Source of the DNA: Candidatus Saccharimonadota bacterium
GTDB lineage: Bacteria > Patescibacteriota > Gracilibacteria > UBA1369 > 2-02-FULL-48-14
Length of the DNA stretch: 32,000 bases
Assembly (NCBI GenBank): GCA_041661045.1
Contig: JBAZVE010000001.1
Coordinates: forward strand, 1,284,578 to 1,316,577
Reading direction: 5' to 3'
This document shows, piece by piece, positions 1-8,229 of the stretch; position 1 is the first letter of the stretch; each line of letters opens with the position of its first letter. The notes under the pieces were generated by a model. That model had not been told where the DNA came from, ran no database searches, and saw nothing but the letters and a program-made list of their open reading frames with translations. A program made the position numbers and the translations under genes.

Positions 1-517
1 GACGAATGGCCACTCCTTCACGAGCGATGGCATAAATATAAGGGAAATCGAGCTGTTCATCGTTGGCGCCGAGTGACACGAAGAGGTCAAAAATTTCGTT
101 GAGCACTTGGTCGGGTCTGGCGGTGGGTTTATCAATTTTATTGATCACCACGAGCACTTTGAGGCCGAGTTCGAGCGACTTGCGAAGCACAAATTTCGTC
201 TGAGGCATGGGGCCTTCGTAGGCATCCACCACCAGCACCGTGGCGTCCACGGTTCGCAGGATGCGTTCCACTTCGGAACCAAAGTCCGCGTGGCCCGGGG
301 TGTCTACGATGTTGATCTTATTTCCTTTGTAATGAATGGCGGCATTTTTTGCATAAATGGTGATTCCTCTTTCCTTTTCTTGATCGTTGGAATCCATCAC
401 ACGAACCTCCACCGCTTCATGTGAATTGAAAGCACCACCGGCTTTAAGCAAGGCATCCACAAGCGTGGTTTTTCCGTGATCTACGTGGGCGATGATGGCG
501 ATGTTTCGAATTTCCAT
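1..517 (-). CDS. typA: Translational GTPase TypA/BipA, N-terminal part (gene runs off the left edge of the window)
   Basis: Absent from the ORF track because there is no stop inside the window. Minus-strand translation from ATG 517..515 reads [82 protein letters not shown]. This gives the G1 (AHVDHGKT), G3 (DTPGH) and G4 (NKID) motifs and a TypA-type N terminus. Confidence 0.88.
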   Translation of the reverse strand, partial: MEIRNIAIIAHVDHGKTTLVDALLKAGGAFNSHEAVEVRVMDSNDQEKERGITIYAKNAAIHYKGNKINIVDTPGHADFGSEVERILRTVDATVLVVDAYEGPMPQTKFVLRKSLELGLKVLVVINKIDKPTARPDQVLNEIFDLFVSLGANDEQLDFPYIYAIAREGVAIR

Positions 518-545
518 AAAGTTGGTGAGTTCGCTTAGCAGAGGG

Positions 546-573
546 ATTCTACAGGAGAAAATAGGATTGGCAA
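546..573 (-). promoter_or_regulatory. Putative sigma70-type promoter of typA
   Basis: Read on the minus strand: -35 TTGCCA (573..568), 16-nt spacer, -10 TAGAAT (551..546), about 28 nt upstream of the typA ATG. Confidence 0.4.
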
Positions 574-583
574 TGGGAAAATT

Positions 584-1366
584 TTACTCAGCAAGTGCCA
601 GCCACCTACCCAAGAAGGAGTCCTGTACAAAGCCGCCTGACAAAGAAGTCACCCCAACCCTGCGGTCACGCGCCTGCGGTCCGGCGGGGTTGCGTGGAGT
701 TGTTGGGGATTTGGCGATAGGATCATTTACGAAAAAAGTCACATCCCCCTGACCATTACTCTCAGCTCCTCGAAGAACAATCATGTGAGTATTCCTGGTT
801 TCTGGAACCTTAGTGATTGGGTCAATCTGTCGAATGGATACGGCTACCGGGGACCGGGCGAGATCCTGAACTAGCTGCTCCCACGCTTCCCCCTTGGTGA
901 ACCTTTCTTGATCCCCATAGTCGTTCACCTCCAATGTGACATCATACCCTTGCGCAGTTTCTTGAAAACCTTGATGAGTCCAGCCCCACTGAGGGTGCCT
1001 TCCATTGGCTGCCTGAGCTATGAAATCAGCAAAAGTAGATCCTGATGGGATGTTTTCGGTTGCACTCAACAGCATCCAAACTGCTGCTGGAGAGCAAGAA
1101 ACTATGCTGGCGTTGCGTCCCGATATGGTAGCTCCTCCCACATCGCTCTCTGACTGAAAAGGCACCTCATATAGGAATCTACCCGGCTTTTTACCTAGGG
1201 CAATTTGAATCCGTTCATTCGCATCAGTTGTGGAGGTGTGCACCGTGGATTCATCGAGAAAAGCTGTTCCCACATGGGCTGGTGCAGCGGCCTCCCCATC
1301 CTCCATCAATAGGACGGATCCTATGACGAGAGGTGCTAGGGCTGACATGGTTTTTCTTAATTTCAT
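584..1366 (-). CDS. Secreted protein, probable C39-like (papain-fold) cysteine peptidase
   Basis: 260-aa ORF with an N-terminal hydrophobic signal-like segment (MSALAPLVIGSVLLM). Candidate Cys/His/Asp arrangement: VPFQSE..SCSPAAVWMLLS, then NTHMIVLRG, then FFVNDP, as in Peptidase_C39_2-type proteins. Family assignment is from motif memory only. Confidence 0.45.
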   Translation of the reverse strand: MKLRKTMSALAPLVIGSVLLMEDGEAAAPAHVGTAFLDESTVHTSTTDANERIQIALGKKPGRFLYEVPFQSESDVGGATISGRNASIVSCSPAAVWMLLSATENIPSGSTFADFIAQAANGRHPQWGWTHQGFQETAQGYDVTLEVNDYGDQERFTKGEAWEQLVQDLARSPVAVSIRQIDPITKVPETRNTHMIVLRGAESNGQGDVTFFVNDPIAKSPTTPRNPAGPQARDRRVGVTSLSGGFVQDSFLGRWLALAE

Positions 1367-1389
1367 TTAGCACAAAATAACATACTTAT

Positions 1390-1653
1390 GCTGGTTGGTC
1401 AACCCAATTCCTCCCTAGGGAGAGGCTTTAACCTGTTATTGGGTTGCGCTGGCGTAGCAGGTCTCGCAGACCACCACGGCGGGGTTGGTGGGTGGATCGC
1501 TGGTTGCTTATGCGGCCACTTTTTTGTACGCCGTCCAGTGAAAAAGAGAGCGTATGCTCACCCTCTGTGCTAAGATGGGTTTACTCACTGCCACGGGCGG
1601 CCATCTACGGATGGTCGGTGCTAAAAGTTTGTCTGCATTTTCACCCCCTCCTT
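1390..1653 (+). ncRNA. Unclassified GC-rich structured leader or candidate small RNA upstream of the HNH gene
   Basis: About 260 nt of non-coding sequence; line 1441-1500 is 42/60 G+C by hand count. Hairpins: 9-bp stem 1400-1408/1438-1446; 6-bp stem 1471-1476/1486-1491; terminator-like stem 1492-1519 plus T6; 8-bp stem 1598-1617 capped by a UACG tetraloop. No match to tmRNA, SRP, RNase P or common riboswitch cores was recognised. Confidence 0.25.
1492..1525 (+). terminator. Terminator- or attenuator-like hairpin followed by T6
   Basis: GTGG(AT)CGC 1492-1500 pairs with GCG(G)CCAC 1512-1519 across an 11-nt loop, followed by TTTTTT 1520-1525. No + strand gene lies upstream, so it would end a small transcript or attenuate the HNH leader. 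Confidence 0.3.
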
Positions 1654-2547
1654 ATGGCAGCCTTGAGTGTCCTTGAACAAAAACTCCATCAACAGTTTTC
1701 TGAGTACGGACAAAATGCTCGCGAGTGGATGCGTAAGTGTGAGCTCCTTCTCCCAGAAATCCAGGAGAGGGAAATTTGGCGAAAAAAACGGTTTTCAAGC
1801 ATTTATGAATACGCGGCAAAACTTGCGGGTATGAGCAAAGTTCGCGTGGATGAGTCCCTTAGGATTTATTCAAAAATTAAAGACAAGCCTTTGCTTATGA
1901 AAGTGGCGGAGTCGAAAGGGCTTCAAAGGCTTCGGCCCGTGGCCTTGGTGGCTACTCAAGAGAGCGAAGCGTTTTGGGCGGAAAAGGCTTCCGGAATGAG
2001 TAAACTCGCCCTCCAAACCTTTGTGCACGACTACAGGTTAGAATCTCGTTCTGGAACGGAATCTCAATCTGTAAAAGTGCAAATGGATTTGAGCCCTTCT
2101 TTGGCCAAGGATTTGGCGGTCTTAAAGGGCCAACGCAGTTGGGAAGAGCTGATGAGTGAACTCCTGGAACTGAAGAGGCAGGTGAGTCAGGAAGCACAGC
2201 AGGAGACAGTCACTCCACCAGCGGTGCCCGTGGCCACTCCCTCCCGACACATTCCGGCAGCCATCCAAAGGGAAGTTTTGGCCAGGAGCGGCGGACTTTG
2301 TGCGTACCCCAGCTGCAGGAGGCCGGCGACTTCACTGCATCACACGCAACGGTGGGGACTTGAAAAAATCCATGATCCTGCGCGGCTGCAGGCCGTGTGT
2401 ACGGGGCATGAACGGTTGGTGCATTTGGGGCTTATTGAACATGAAGAAGAGGCTCCAGAGCAGTGGCGACTGCGGGAGCAGGCGGACCGGAGCAGTGACA
2501 AGTTTTATATAGACACTCTCGTCTCCCTCTACAGGCCCAGTGGCTAG
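1654..2547 (+). CDS. HNH endonuclease (DUF222-like architecture: helical N-terminal region plus C-terminal HNH)
   Basis: C terminus reads RHIPAAIQREVLARSGGLCAYPSCRRPATSLHHTQRW..DPARLQAVCTGHERLVHLG (Cys pair, His-His, HxxxH). The start is moved to ATG 1654 because the tracked 5' extension (1444-1653) translates to Arg/Trp-rich non-protein-like sequence. Confidence 0.8.
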   Translation: MAALSVLEQKLHQQFSEYGQNAREWMRKCELLLPEIQEREIWRKKRFSSIYEYAAKLAGMSKVRVDESLRIYSKIKDKPLLMKVAESKGLQRLRPVALVATQESEAFWAEKASGMSKLALQTFVHDYRLESRSGTESQSVKVQMDLSPSLAKDLAVLKGQRSWEELMSELLELKRQVSQEAQQETVTPPAVPVATPSRHIPAAIQREVLARSGGLCAYPSCRRPATSLHHTQRWGLEKIHDPARLQAVCTGHERLVHLGLIEHEEEAPEQWRLREQADRSSDKFYIDTLVSLYRPSG

Positions 2548-2561
2548 GTGGACGGAGCCCA

Positions 2562-3245
2562 CTAAAACAGGATAAGATAGCCCACGCCCATGAGGGTGGC
2601 ATCGACCAAAATATGGCTGAGGTAGGCGGGCCAAATGGATTTTGTTTTGTGGTAGAGCGCGCACCAGATGAAGCCGGCGACTCCAACGGAAGTGCCCAGG
2701 AGCAGGGTGAGCGGCAAAGAGAAAAAGCCGGACAGTACAAAATAATGATGTCCGGTGAAGGCCGCGCTGCTGATGAGCGCCGCCCAGACCCAGGAGAACT
2801 TGAGCTGCAAGCCGCGGAAAACGAACCAGCGCCAATAATATTCTTCAAGCAGAGAGTGAAAAAAACTGAGAAAGATGGCGAAGAGTAGATAGAGCCACGG
2901 GTCCGCCAGGCCAAAGGCTTTTACTCTTTCAAGCAGGTCGCCCGCGGCGGGCTGCAAGCCCAGGAAAAATGCTCCGAATACAATGCCGGAGAACAGGAGT
3001 CCGCTGATGAGCCCGGCGGCAAGCTTGATGGAGTTCTTGGCTCCACCCGTTTGATTGGGAAGTGCCTGGGTGAAAGCCGTGAGCCAAAGTAGGGGCCAAA
3101 AAAGAAGCGTGAGCTTGGTGATTAAATAAATCCACCCTGTTAACTCCGATTCCCAGAGCAAGTAAAGGGTGGCCCCAAACACTTGAAAGAAGAGGGCGGG
3201 AAGAATTCCGAAGAAGAAGAGTTTTTTATCTTTCATCTCCCCCAC
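2562..3245 (-). CDS. CPBP-family intramembrane glutamic endopeptidase (CAAX protease / Abi family)
   Basis: Polytopic hydrophobic protein with EEYYWRWFVFRG (EExxxR), FTGHH and SHILVD motifs. The tracked start is GTG 3245; the alternative is ATG 3236. Confidence 0.8.
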   Translation of the reverse strand: MGEMKDKKLFFFGILPALFFQVFGATLYLLWESELTGWIYLITKLTLLFWPLLWLTAFTQALPNQTGGAKNSIKLAAGLISGLLFSGIVFGAFFLGLQPAAGDLLERVKAFGLADPWLYLLFAIFLSFFHSLLEEYYWRWFVFRGLQLKFSWVWAALISSAAFTGHHYFVLSGFFSLPLTLLLGTSVGVAGFIWCALYHKTKSIWPAYLSHILVDATLMGVGYLILF

Positions 3246-3249
3246 TCTA

Positions 3250-3966
3250 TCACATCCCCTTGGGTTTGCCAGTTTGGGGGTCGATATAAGGACTTAGTTT
3301 GCGGAGTTTTTTACCGTATTGGATCCAGTTGTGGCAGGCATCCGGATTTTGATCGTAGTGTTTTTTCGCCTTTTTTATGACTTTGACGGCTTGTTTCCAG
3401 TTGTCCACCACCACAATAAAATGCAGATCTTTGGGATCCATGAGTTTCCCTTTCAAAGGATTGTCGATGATCCAATTGATGAGCTCGCGCCACATTTTGC
3501 CCACCAGGATCACGGGCATATTGCAAATGTGCTTCACTTGCAAGAGCTGCCAGGTGTAAAAAAGTTCCAAACAAGTTCCAATCCCTCCGGGCATCACCAC
3601 CACGGCGCTGGACAAGAGCATGAATTCGTCGAGACGGGTGGAAAAGACCTCGTGGTTGTCTAAAAATTCTAAACCTTCGTTGGGTTTTTGTTCAAAAGGC
3701 AGCACAATGTTGAGACCAATGCTGTGCGCTCTGTTTTTGATGTCTCCGGCGGTGTGCCCCAAACTCGCCGCTTCCATAAGCCCCGGACCTCCCCCTGTGA
3801 TGAGATCCACTCCCATCCCGCCAATCACTTTGGCGAGGTTGTAGGCGTCTTGATACACCGGATCTTCGGGCTGAATACGGGCGGACCCAAAAATGGAGAC
3901 TCGGAAGTCGTGGTTTTTGAGTTCATCGCTGATTTGGAAGTCTTTTGGCGTCATGAGGGGAAACAT
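3250..3966 (-). CDS. LOG / TIGR00730-family Rossmann-fold nucleotide-binding protein (cytokinin riboside 5'-monophosphate phosphoribohydrolase-like)
   Basis: Has GGGPGLMEA and PGGIGTCLELF (PGGxGTxxE) motifs. Lies 4 nt upstream of the CPBP gene on the same strand. Confidence 0.85.
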   Translation of the reverse strand: MFPLMTPKDFQISDELKNHDFRVSIFGSARIQPEDPVYQDAYNLAKVIGGMGVDLITGGGPGLMEAASLGHTAGDIKNRAHSIGLNIVLPFEQKPNEGLEFLDNHEVFSTRLDEFMLLSSAVVVMPGGIGTCLELFYTWQLLQVKHICNMPVILVGKMWRELINWIIDNPLKGKLMDPKDLHFIVVVDNWKQAVKVIKKAKKHYDQNPDACHNWIQYGKKLRKLSPYIDPQTGKPKGM

Positions 3967-4026
3967 TGATGTCGCTTGATCAATTTATTATAGCAAATTT
4001 TAAGTATAAATGCTACCCTAAGTCCA

Positions 4027-4671
4027 ATGAAACTCTTCCTAGACACCGCCGACCTCAAGCAGATCAAGGAAATCGCTTCTTGGGGGATTTTGGATGGAGT
4101 CACCACCAACCCCACCCTTTTGGCTAAAGAAGGAAAAGTGGATGCAAAAAAACATCTTCAGGCCATTTGTGAACTTGTGGATGGACCGGTGAGCATGGAG
4201 GTTTTTGCGGAGGACAGCAAGGAGATGGTGAAACAAGGGTTGGAATACAGCACTTGGGCAGACAACATTGTGGTGAAAATTCCCATGACTCCCGAGGGGC
4301 TCAAGGCCGTGGTTGAGCTGAAAAAAAAGGGGATTCCCACCAATGTGACTTTGATTTTTTCGGCAAACCAAGCCCTGCTCGCCGCCAAGGCCGGAGCCGC
4401 GATGGTGAGCCCTTTTATTGGACGGTTGGATGAGGCTGGCGAAGACGGCCTCACTTTGATTCAAGAAATTACAGATATTTTTTCGAACTACGCTTTTGAC
4501 ACGGAAGTTTTGGTGGCCAGCGTACGAGGGCCTCGACATATCACGGAGGCCGCTCGAATGGGGGCTCATATTGCCACCTTGCCGTATGAAATCTTTAAAA
4601 AACTCCCCTATCATCCCTTAACCACCATCGGTTTAGAGAAATTTTTGGCCGACTGGAACAATCGAAAATGA
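4027..4671 (+). CDS. tal: Short-type transaldolase / fructose-6-phosphate aldolase
   Basis: 214 aa. MKLFLDTADLKQIKE..GVTTNPTLLAKEG is typical of the TalC/Fsa subfamily. Confidence 0.9.
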   Translation: MKLFLDTADLKQIKEIASWGILDGVTTNPTLLAKEGKVDAKKHLQAICELVDGPVSMEVFAEDSKEMVKQGLEYSTWADNIVVKIPMTPEGLKAVVELKKKGIPTNVTLIFSANQALLAAKAGAAMVSPFIGRLDEAGEDGLTLIQEITDIFSNYAFDTEVLVASVRGPRHITEAARMGAHIATLPYEIFKKLPYHPLTTIGLEKFLADWNNRK

Positions 4672-5897
4672 AACTTTCTTTGGAGCACATTGTGGGCCTT
4701 GGGAGTGAGGGCATAAGCTTGGCCGAATTGCAGGCTGAGGGGGTGAAGATTCCTGAATTTTTGCGCGGTTTTGAGGCGAGAGCACAGGGGTTTCCTCTGC
4801 TTCCCAAGCTCAAGGGGCCTGTTTTGGCGGTTAAAAGTTTGGCGGAAAAAATGAAAGGAAAGTTCAAGGACATTGTGGTCCTGGGTATTGGCGGAAGCGC
4901 GCTCGGCATTTCGTGTGTCCGCGATGCGCTTAAAGGCGTGTATTGGAATCATCACGGGAGCCCTCGATTGTTTGTTTTGGACAATTTGGACACCGTGGGC
5001 GAGCTGGAGCGAGTGATTGATCTTGAGCATTCCTTGTTTATTGTGATTTCAAAATCAGGCACCACGCCAGAGACCATGGCGCAGTATTTTTACTTTAAGC
5101 AAAAGGTTTCTAAAGAACAGTTTGTTTTTATTACGGATCCGAATGGCGGCGAATTGCGAGCGATTGCTCAGGAATATGGAATTCCGACCTTGGATATTCC
5201 GGAAAATGTGGGGGGGCGCTTTTCTGTGCTCACTCCTGTTGGACTCTTCCCTGCGGCGCTGCTCGGCATAGACATTGAAGAATTGCTCCGAGGCGCTGAG
5301 GACGGGGTTAAACTGTTTCAAAGTTCCGAATGGGGGCTTAACCTTCCCTTTCAGTTCGCTTCCGCCCAGTATCTGCTGGAGTGGAAGCATGGAATCCCGA
5401 TCACGGTGATGATGCCCTATTCCTCCCGCTTACACAGTTTTGCGGATTGGTATGCCCAGCTTTTGGCGGAAAGCATCGGGAAGGCGGGCAAGGGGCTCAC
5501 GCCTGTTTCGGCCTTGGGCGTTACGGATCAACATTCGCAGTTGCAACTTTATAATGAGGGACCAAAAGATAAATTGATTGTGTTTATTGAGGTGGAAAAG
5601 GAACCCGGCCCGCAGATTCCCCGCGTGGACCGTAAGACCCTTGCTTACCTTTCGGGAAGAGGTTTTCACGAGCTCATGAATATTGAGAAAAAAGGAACCG
5701 AACAGGCCTTGAGTGAGTATAAAAAACCTTCGGCAACCCTCAGCATTCCAGAGGTGAATGCCTATGAACTGGGGCAATTGTTTCTATTTTTTGAAGCCAG
5801 CATTGCTTTTTTGGGTGAATATTATAGGATAAACGCGTTCGACCAGCCTGGCGTGGAACTCAGCAAACAGCTCACTAAACAGGCTTTAAGCTCATGA
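4668..5897 (+). CDS. pgi: Glucose-6-phosphate isomerase
   Basis: Has VLGIGGSALG and ISKSGTTPET motifs. Its ATG overlaps the tal stop as ATGA (4668-4671). Confidence 0.85.
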   Translation: MKLSLEHIVGLGSEGISLAELQAEGVKIPEFLRGFEARAQGFPLLPKLKGPVLAVKSLAEKMKGKFKDIVVLGIGGSALGISCVRDALKGVYWNHHGSPRLFVLDNLDTVGELERVIDLEHSLFIVISKSGTTPETMAQYFYFKQKVSKEQFVFITDPNGGELRAIAQEYGIPTLDIPENVGGRFSVLTPVGLFPAALLGIDIEELLRGAEDGVKLFQSSEWGLNLPFQFASAQYLLEWKHGIPITVMMPYSSRLHSFADWYAQLLAESIGKAGKGLTPVSALGVTDQHSQLQLYNEGPKDKLIVFIEVEKEPGPQIPRVDRKTLAYLSGRGFHELMNIEKKGTEQALSEYKKPSATLSIPEVNAYELGQLFLFFEASIAFLGEYYRINAFDQPGVELSKQLTKQALSS

Positions 5898-7783
5898 AAT
5901 TAAGCACCGACCAAATCGCATTTCTCAAGGCTTTCTCTAAGTCTTGTAGGCGATCGATTTTGGAAATGGTGACCCAGGCCCAGTCCGGACACCCGGGTGG
6001 ATCGCTTTCGTGCATCGATTATCTCTCTCTGCTGTATGTGCTGAGGCTCCACCAAAGCAATGAACCGATTGTGGTTTCCAACGGACATATCTCCCCCGCT
6101 GTGTACAGCGTGTTGGCGGAGCTTGGGGTGATCCCCAAGGCTCGCGTGATTGAGACTTTTAGAAAACCTGTGGATATTTATGAAGGGCATGTGAATCGAC
6201 AAGTGCAGGGAGTTTGGTATGGAACGGGGCCTCTGGCCGTGGGCGCCAGTGCGGCTGCGGGGATGGCACTTGGAGAGAAGCTTAAGGTTCTGGGATCCGG
6301 TGAAGAGGAGGCGAAGCATGTATTTTTGCTGATGGGAGATGGTGAGAATCAAGAGGGCCAGGCGTATGAAATGATGAATTTTGCGGTCAAGCACCGCCTC
6401 GACAACTTGATTTTGTTTGTGGATTTCAACCAAGTGCAGCTCACCGCTTCTTTGGACGAAATCATGCCGCTGCAGGTTAAAAAACATTATGAGGCGGCGG
6501 GTTGGTTTGTGCAGGAAGTGGATGGACATGATTTTGAAGCTATGAATTCTGCTTTGGAGGCGGCTTTGGATGAAAAGGGCCGACCAAGCGTTTTGATTGG
6601 ACACACGATTATGGGACAGGGCGTGGAGTTTATGGCCAAAACGGGGCGAGAATATAAGGCCGATTGGCATGGCAAGGCTCCCAAAAAAGATGAGGCCGCT
6701 GCCGCGCTCATGGAAATGATTTTGGATGAGGAAGAGGCGGCGATTTTAGCGAAAGGACTTGAAGGACTGACGGTGAACATTAAAACGCCGGTTCAACCGG
6801 AAGTGGCTGCCGTAAACGGTGGCACTCCTCGCGTTTATGGGCCGGAGGAAATGACCGATTGTCGCAGTGCTTATGGAGCGGCTTTGGTGGATTTGGCTTC
6901 GCTCAACCCCCATATTCTGGCGCTGACCGCGGATCTTGCCGATAGTGTGAAAACGGACGGTGTGAAGAAAGCTTTCCCGGATCGACACATTGAATGTGGC
7001 ATTGCGGAACAACACATGGTGAGCTGCAGCGGAGGTCTTTCGATTCTTGGTTTTGTGCCTTTTTGCAGCACTTTTGGCGCCTTTATGAGCAGCCGCGCAA
7101 AAGACCAGGCCCGGGTGAATGACATCAATCAGACCAATGTGAAAATGGTGGCCACGCACTGTGGGCTCAGCGTGGGTGAAGATGGCCCAACGCACCAAGC
7201 TATTGATGATATCAGCTCTTTTGCGGGGTTCTTTCACACCAATATTTTTGAACCGGCCGACCCCAATCAATGTGATCGAATCGTTCGTTTTGTGGCCGCG
7301 CAGTATGGTAATTTTTATGTACGCATGGGTCGTGCGAAAATTCCGGTGCTCACCAAAGAAGACGGCAGCCCGTTTTTTGGAGAGGGCTACGATTTTATTC
7401 CGGGCCGTGCAGATATTTTACGCCAAGGAAAGCGAGCCACGATAGTGGCGAGCGGGCCCATGGTGCATTACGCCTTGAAAGCAGCGGAAAATTTGGGGGG
7501 AGATATCGAAATTTTGGTGGTGAGCAGTTTTATTCCCTTCGATGCTGAGAGCGTGGTGGCTAGTGCTCGCAAGACGGGTCGCGTTGTTACGGTGCACGAC
7601 CATAACATCGACACCGGTCTCGGCAGCTTTGTTCAAGAAGCCTTGTTTGAAGCCGGCGTAATGGTGCCGGTGCAACGGCTCGGCGTCTCCGGCTACCAAC
7701 TCTCCGGCACCGCGGACGAGCTTTATGAAAAAGCGGGGCTCTCCGTGAGACATATTGAAGAAGCTCTTAAAAAGCTCATCTAA
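5894..7783 (+). CDS. tkt: Transketolase
   Basis: 629 aa with GHPGGSLS, the GDGENQEGQ thiamine-diphosphate motif and an EDGPTHQ-type pyrimidine-binding region. Its ATG overlaps the pgi stop as ATGA (5894-5897). Confidence 0.92.
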   Translation: MKLSTDQIAFLKAFSKSCRRSILEMVTQAQSGHPGGSLSCIDYLSLLYVLRLHQSNEPIVVSNGHISPAVYSVLAELGVIPKARVIETFRKPVDIYEGHVNRQVQGVWYGTGPLAVGASAAAGMALGEKLKVLGSGEEEAKHVFLLMGDGENQEGQAYEMMNFAVKHRLDNLILFVDFNQVQLTASLDEIMPLQVKKHYEAAGWFVQEVDGHDFEAMNSALEAALDEKGRPSVLIGHTIMGQGVEFMAKTGREYKADWHGKAPKKDEAAAALMEMILDEEEAAILAKGLEGLTVNIKTPVQPEVAAVNGGTPRVYGPEEMTDCRSAYGAALVDLASLNPHILALTADLADSVKTDGVKKAFPDRHIECGIAEQHMVSCSGGLSILGFVPFCSTFGAFMSSRAKDQARVNDINQTNVKMVATHCGLSVGEDGPTHQAIDDISSFAGFFHTNIFEPADPNQCDRIVRFVAAQYGNFYVRMGRAKIPVLTKEDGSPFFGEGYDFIPGRADILRQGKRATIVASGPMVHYALKAAENLGGDIEILVVSSFIPFDAESVVASARKTGRVVTVHDHNIDTGLGSFVQEALFEAGVMVPVQRLGVSGYQLSGTADELYEKAGLSVRHIEEALKKLI

Positions 7784-7797
7784 GCGCTTGCCACCTC

Positions 7798-8190
7798 TTA
7801 TTCCCAGAACTTCTCGTCGGAGCGCCAGGTGTCGTCGGCTTCGTTGTGAATGAAGGAAGTGATGGAACCTCCATCCAGCTCATAGATTTTTGCCTTGCCT
7901 TTGGAGGTGCTCCAGTCTGTTCGAGACCAGTCGATTTCCGGAGTTTCTTCGAAGAATGCGAAAATTTCAGGACAAGCGTCCTCTTCCACCTTTAGAGTGA
8001 TGCGCATGTACCCGAGGACCCCAGCACAATCCTCTGCAGCGGCGGCTTCTGTGAGCCCTTGCCACGCCAACATGACCGGCTTTTGTTCGGGATAGGCGTT
8101 GATGGTTTCTTTGTCTGCTACGGTGATGCCTTGGCTGCACGCGGTGAGTAAGAGTCCAAGAGCGATGAGTGGTGTTGAAAGAGCTTTCAT
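7798..8190 (-). CDS. Hypothetical lipoprotein
   Basis: Signal peptide with lipobox MKALSTPLIALGLLLTAC. Last gene of the minus-strand oxidative PPP operon. No family recognised. Confidence 0.6.
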   Translation of the reverse strand: MKALSTPLIALGLLLTACSQGITVADKETINAYPEQKPVMLAWQGLTEAAAAEDCAGVLGYMRITLKVEEDACPEIFAFFEETPEIDWSRTDWSTSKGKAKIYELDGGSITSFIHNEADDTWRSDEKFWE

Positions 8191-8229
8191 GGTTCAAAAG
8201 GTTAATGCGAATACTGAAAAGAGTTTAGC

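Noticed and set aside
107-424. 105-aa + strand ORF at the left edge
   Set aside because: It lies fully antisense to the clearly recognisable typA coding sequence. The His/Gly-rich translation has no protein-like features, so it is a shadow ORF.
1444-1653. 70-codon N-terminal extension of the HNH ORF (tracked as 367 aa), and the overlapping 61-aa ORF 1388-1573
   Set aside because: The translation (MRWRSRSRRPPRRGWWVDRW..) is an Arg/Trp-rich artefact of GC-rich structured DNA. A sensible protein begins at ATG 1654 (MAALSVLEQKL..).
1390-2547. HEARO / IscB omega-RNA-like arrangement (structured RNA immediately 5' of an HNH-containing ORF)
   Set aside because: The ORF has only a DUF222-like helical region plus an HNH domain. 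I see no RuvC-type Asp/Glu/His segments, PLMP domain or bridge helix, and there are no IS200/IS605-like ends. The resemblance is positional only.
5900-6670. Long antisense ORFs inside well-supported genes (for example 5900-6670 and 6746-7270 in tkt, 9837-10352 in zwf, 14599-15279 and 15343-16059 in the M23 gene, 13391-14107 in mutY, 27930-28484 in the regulator, 30001-30552 in the FKBP/pseudouridine-synthase region)
   Set aside because: Each is opposite a gene with strong family motifs and has low-complexity or His/Arg-rich translations. These are typical shadow frames.
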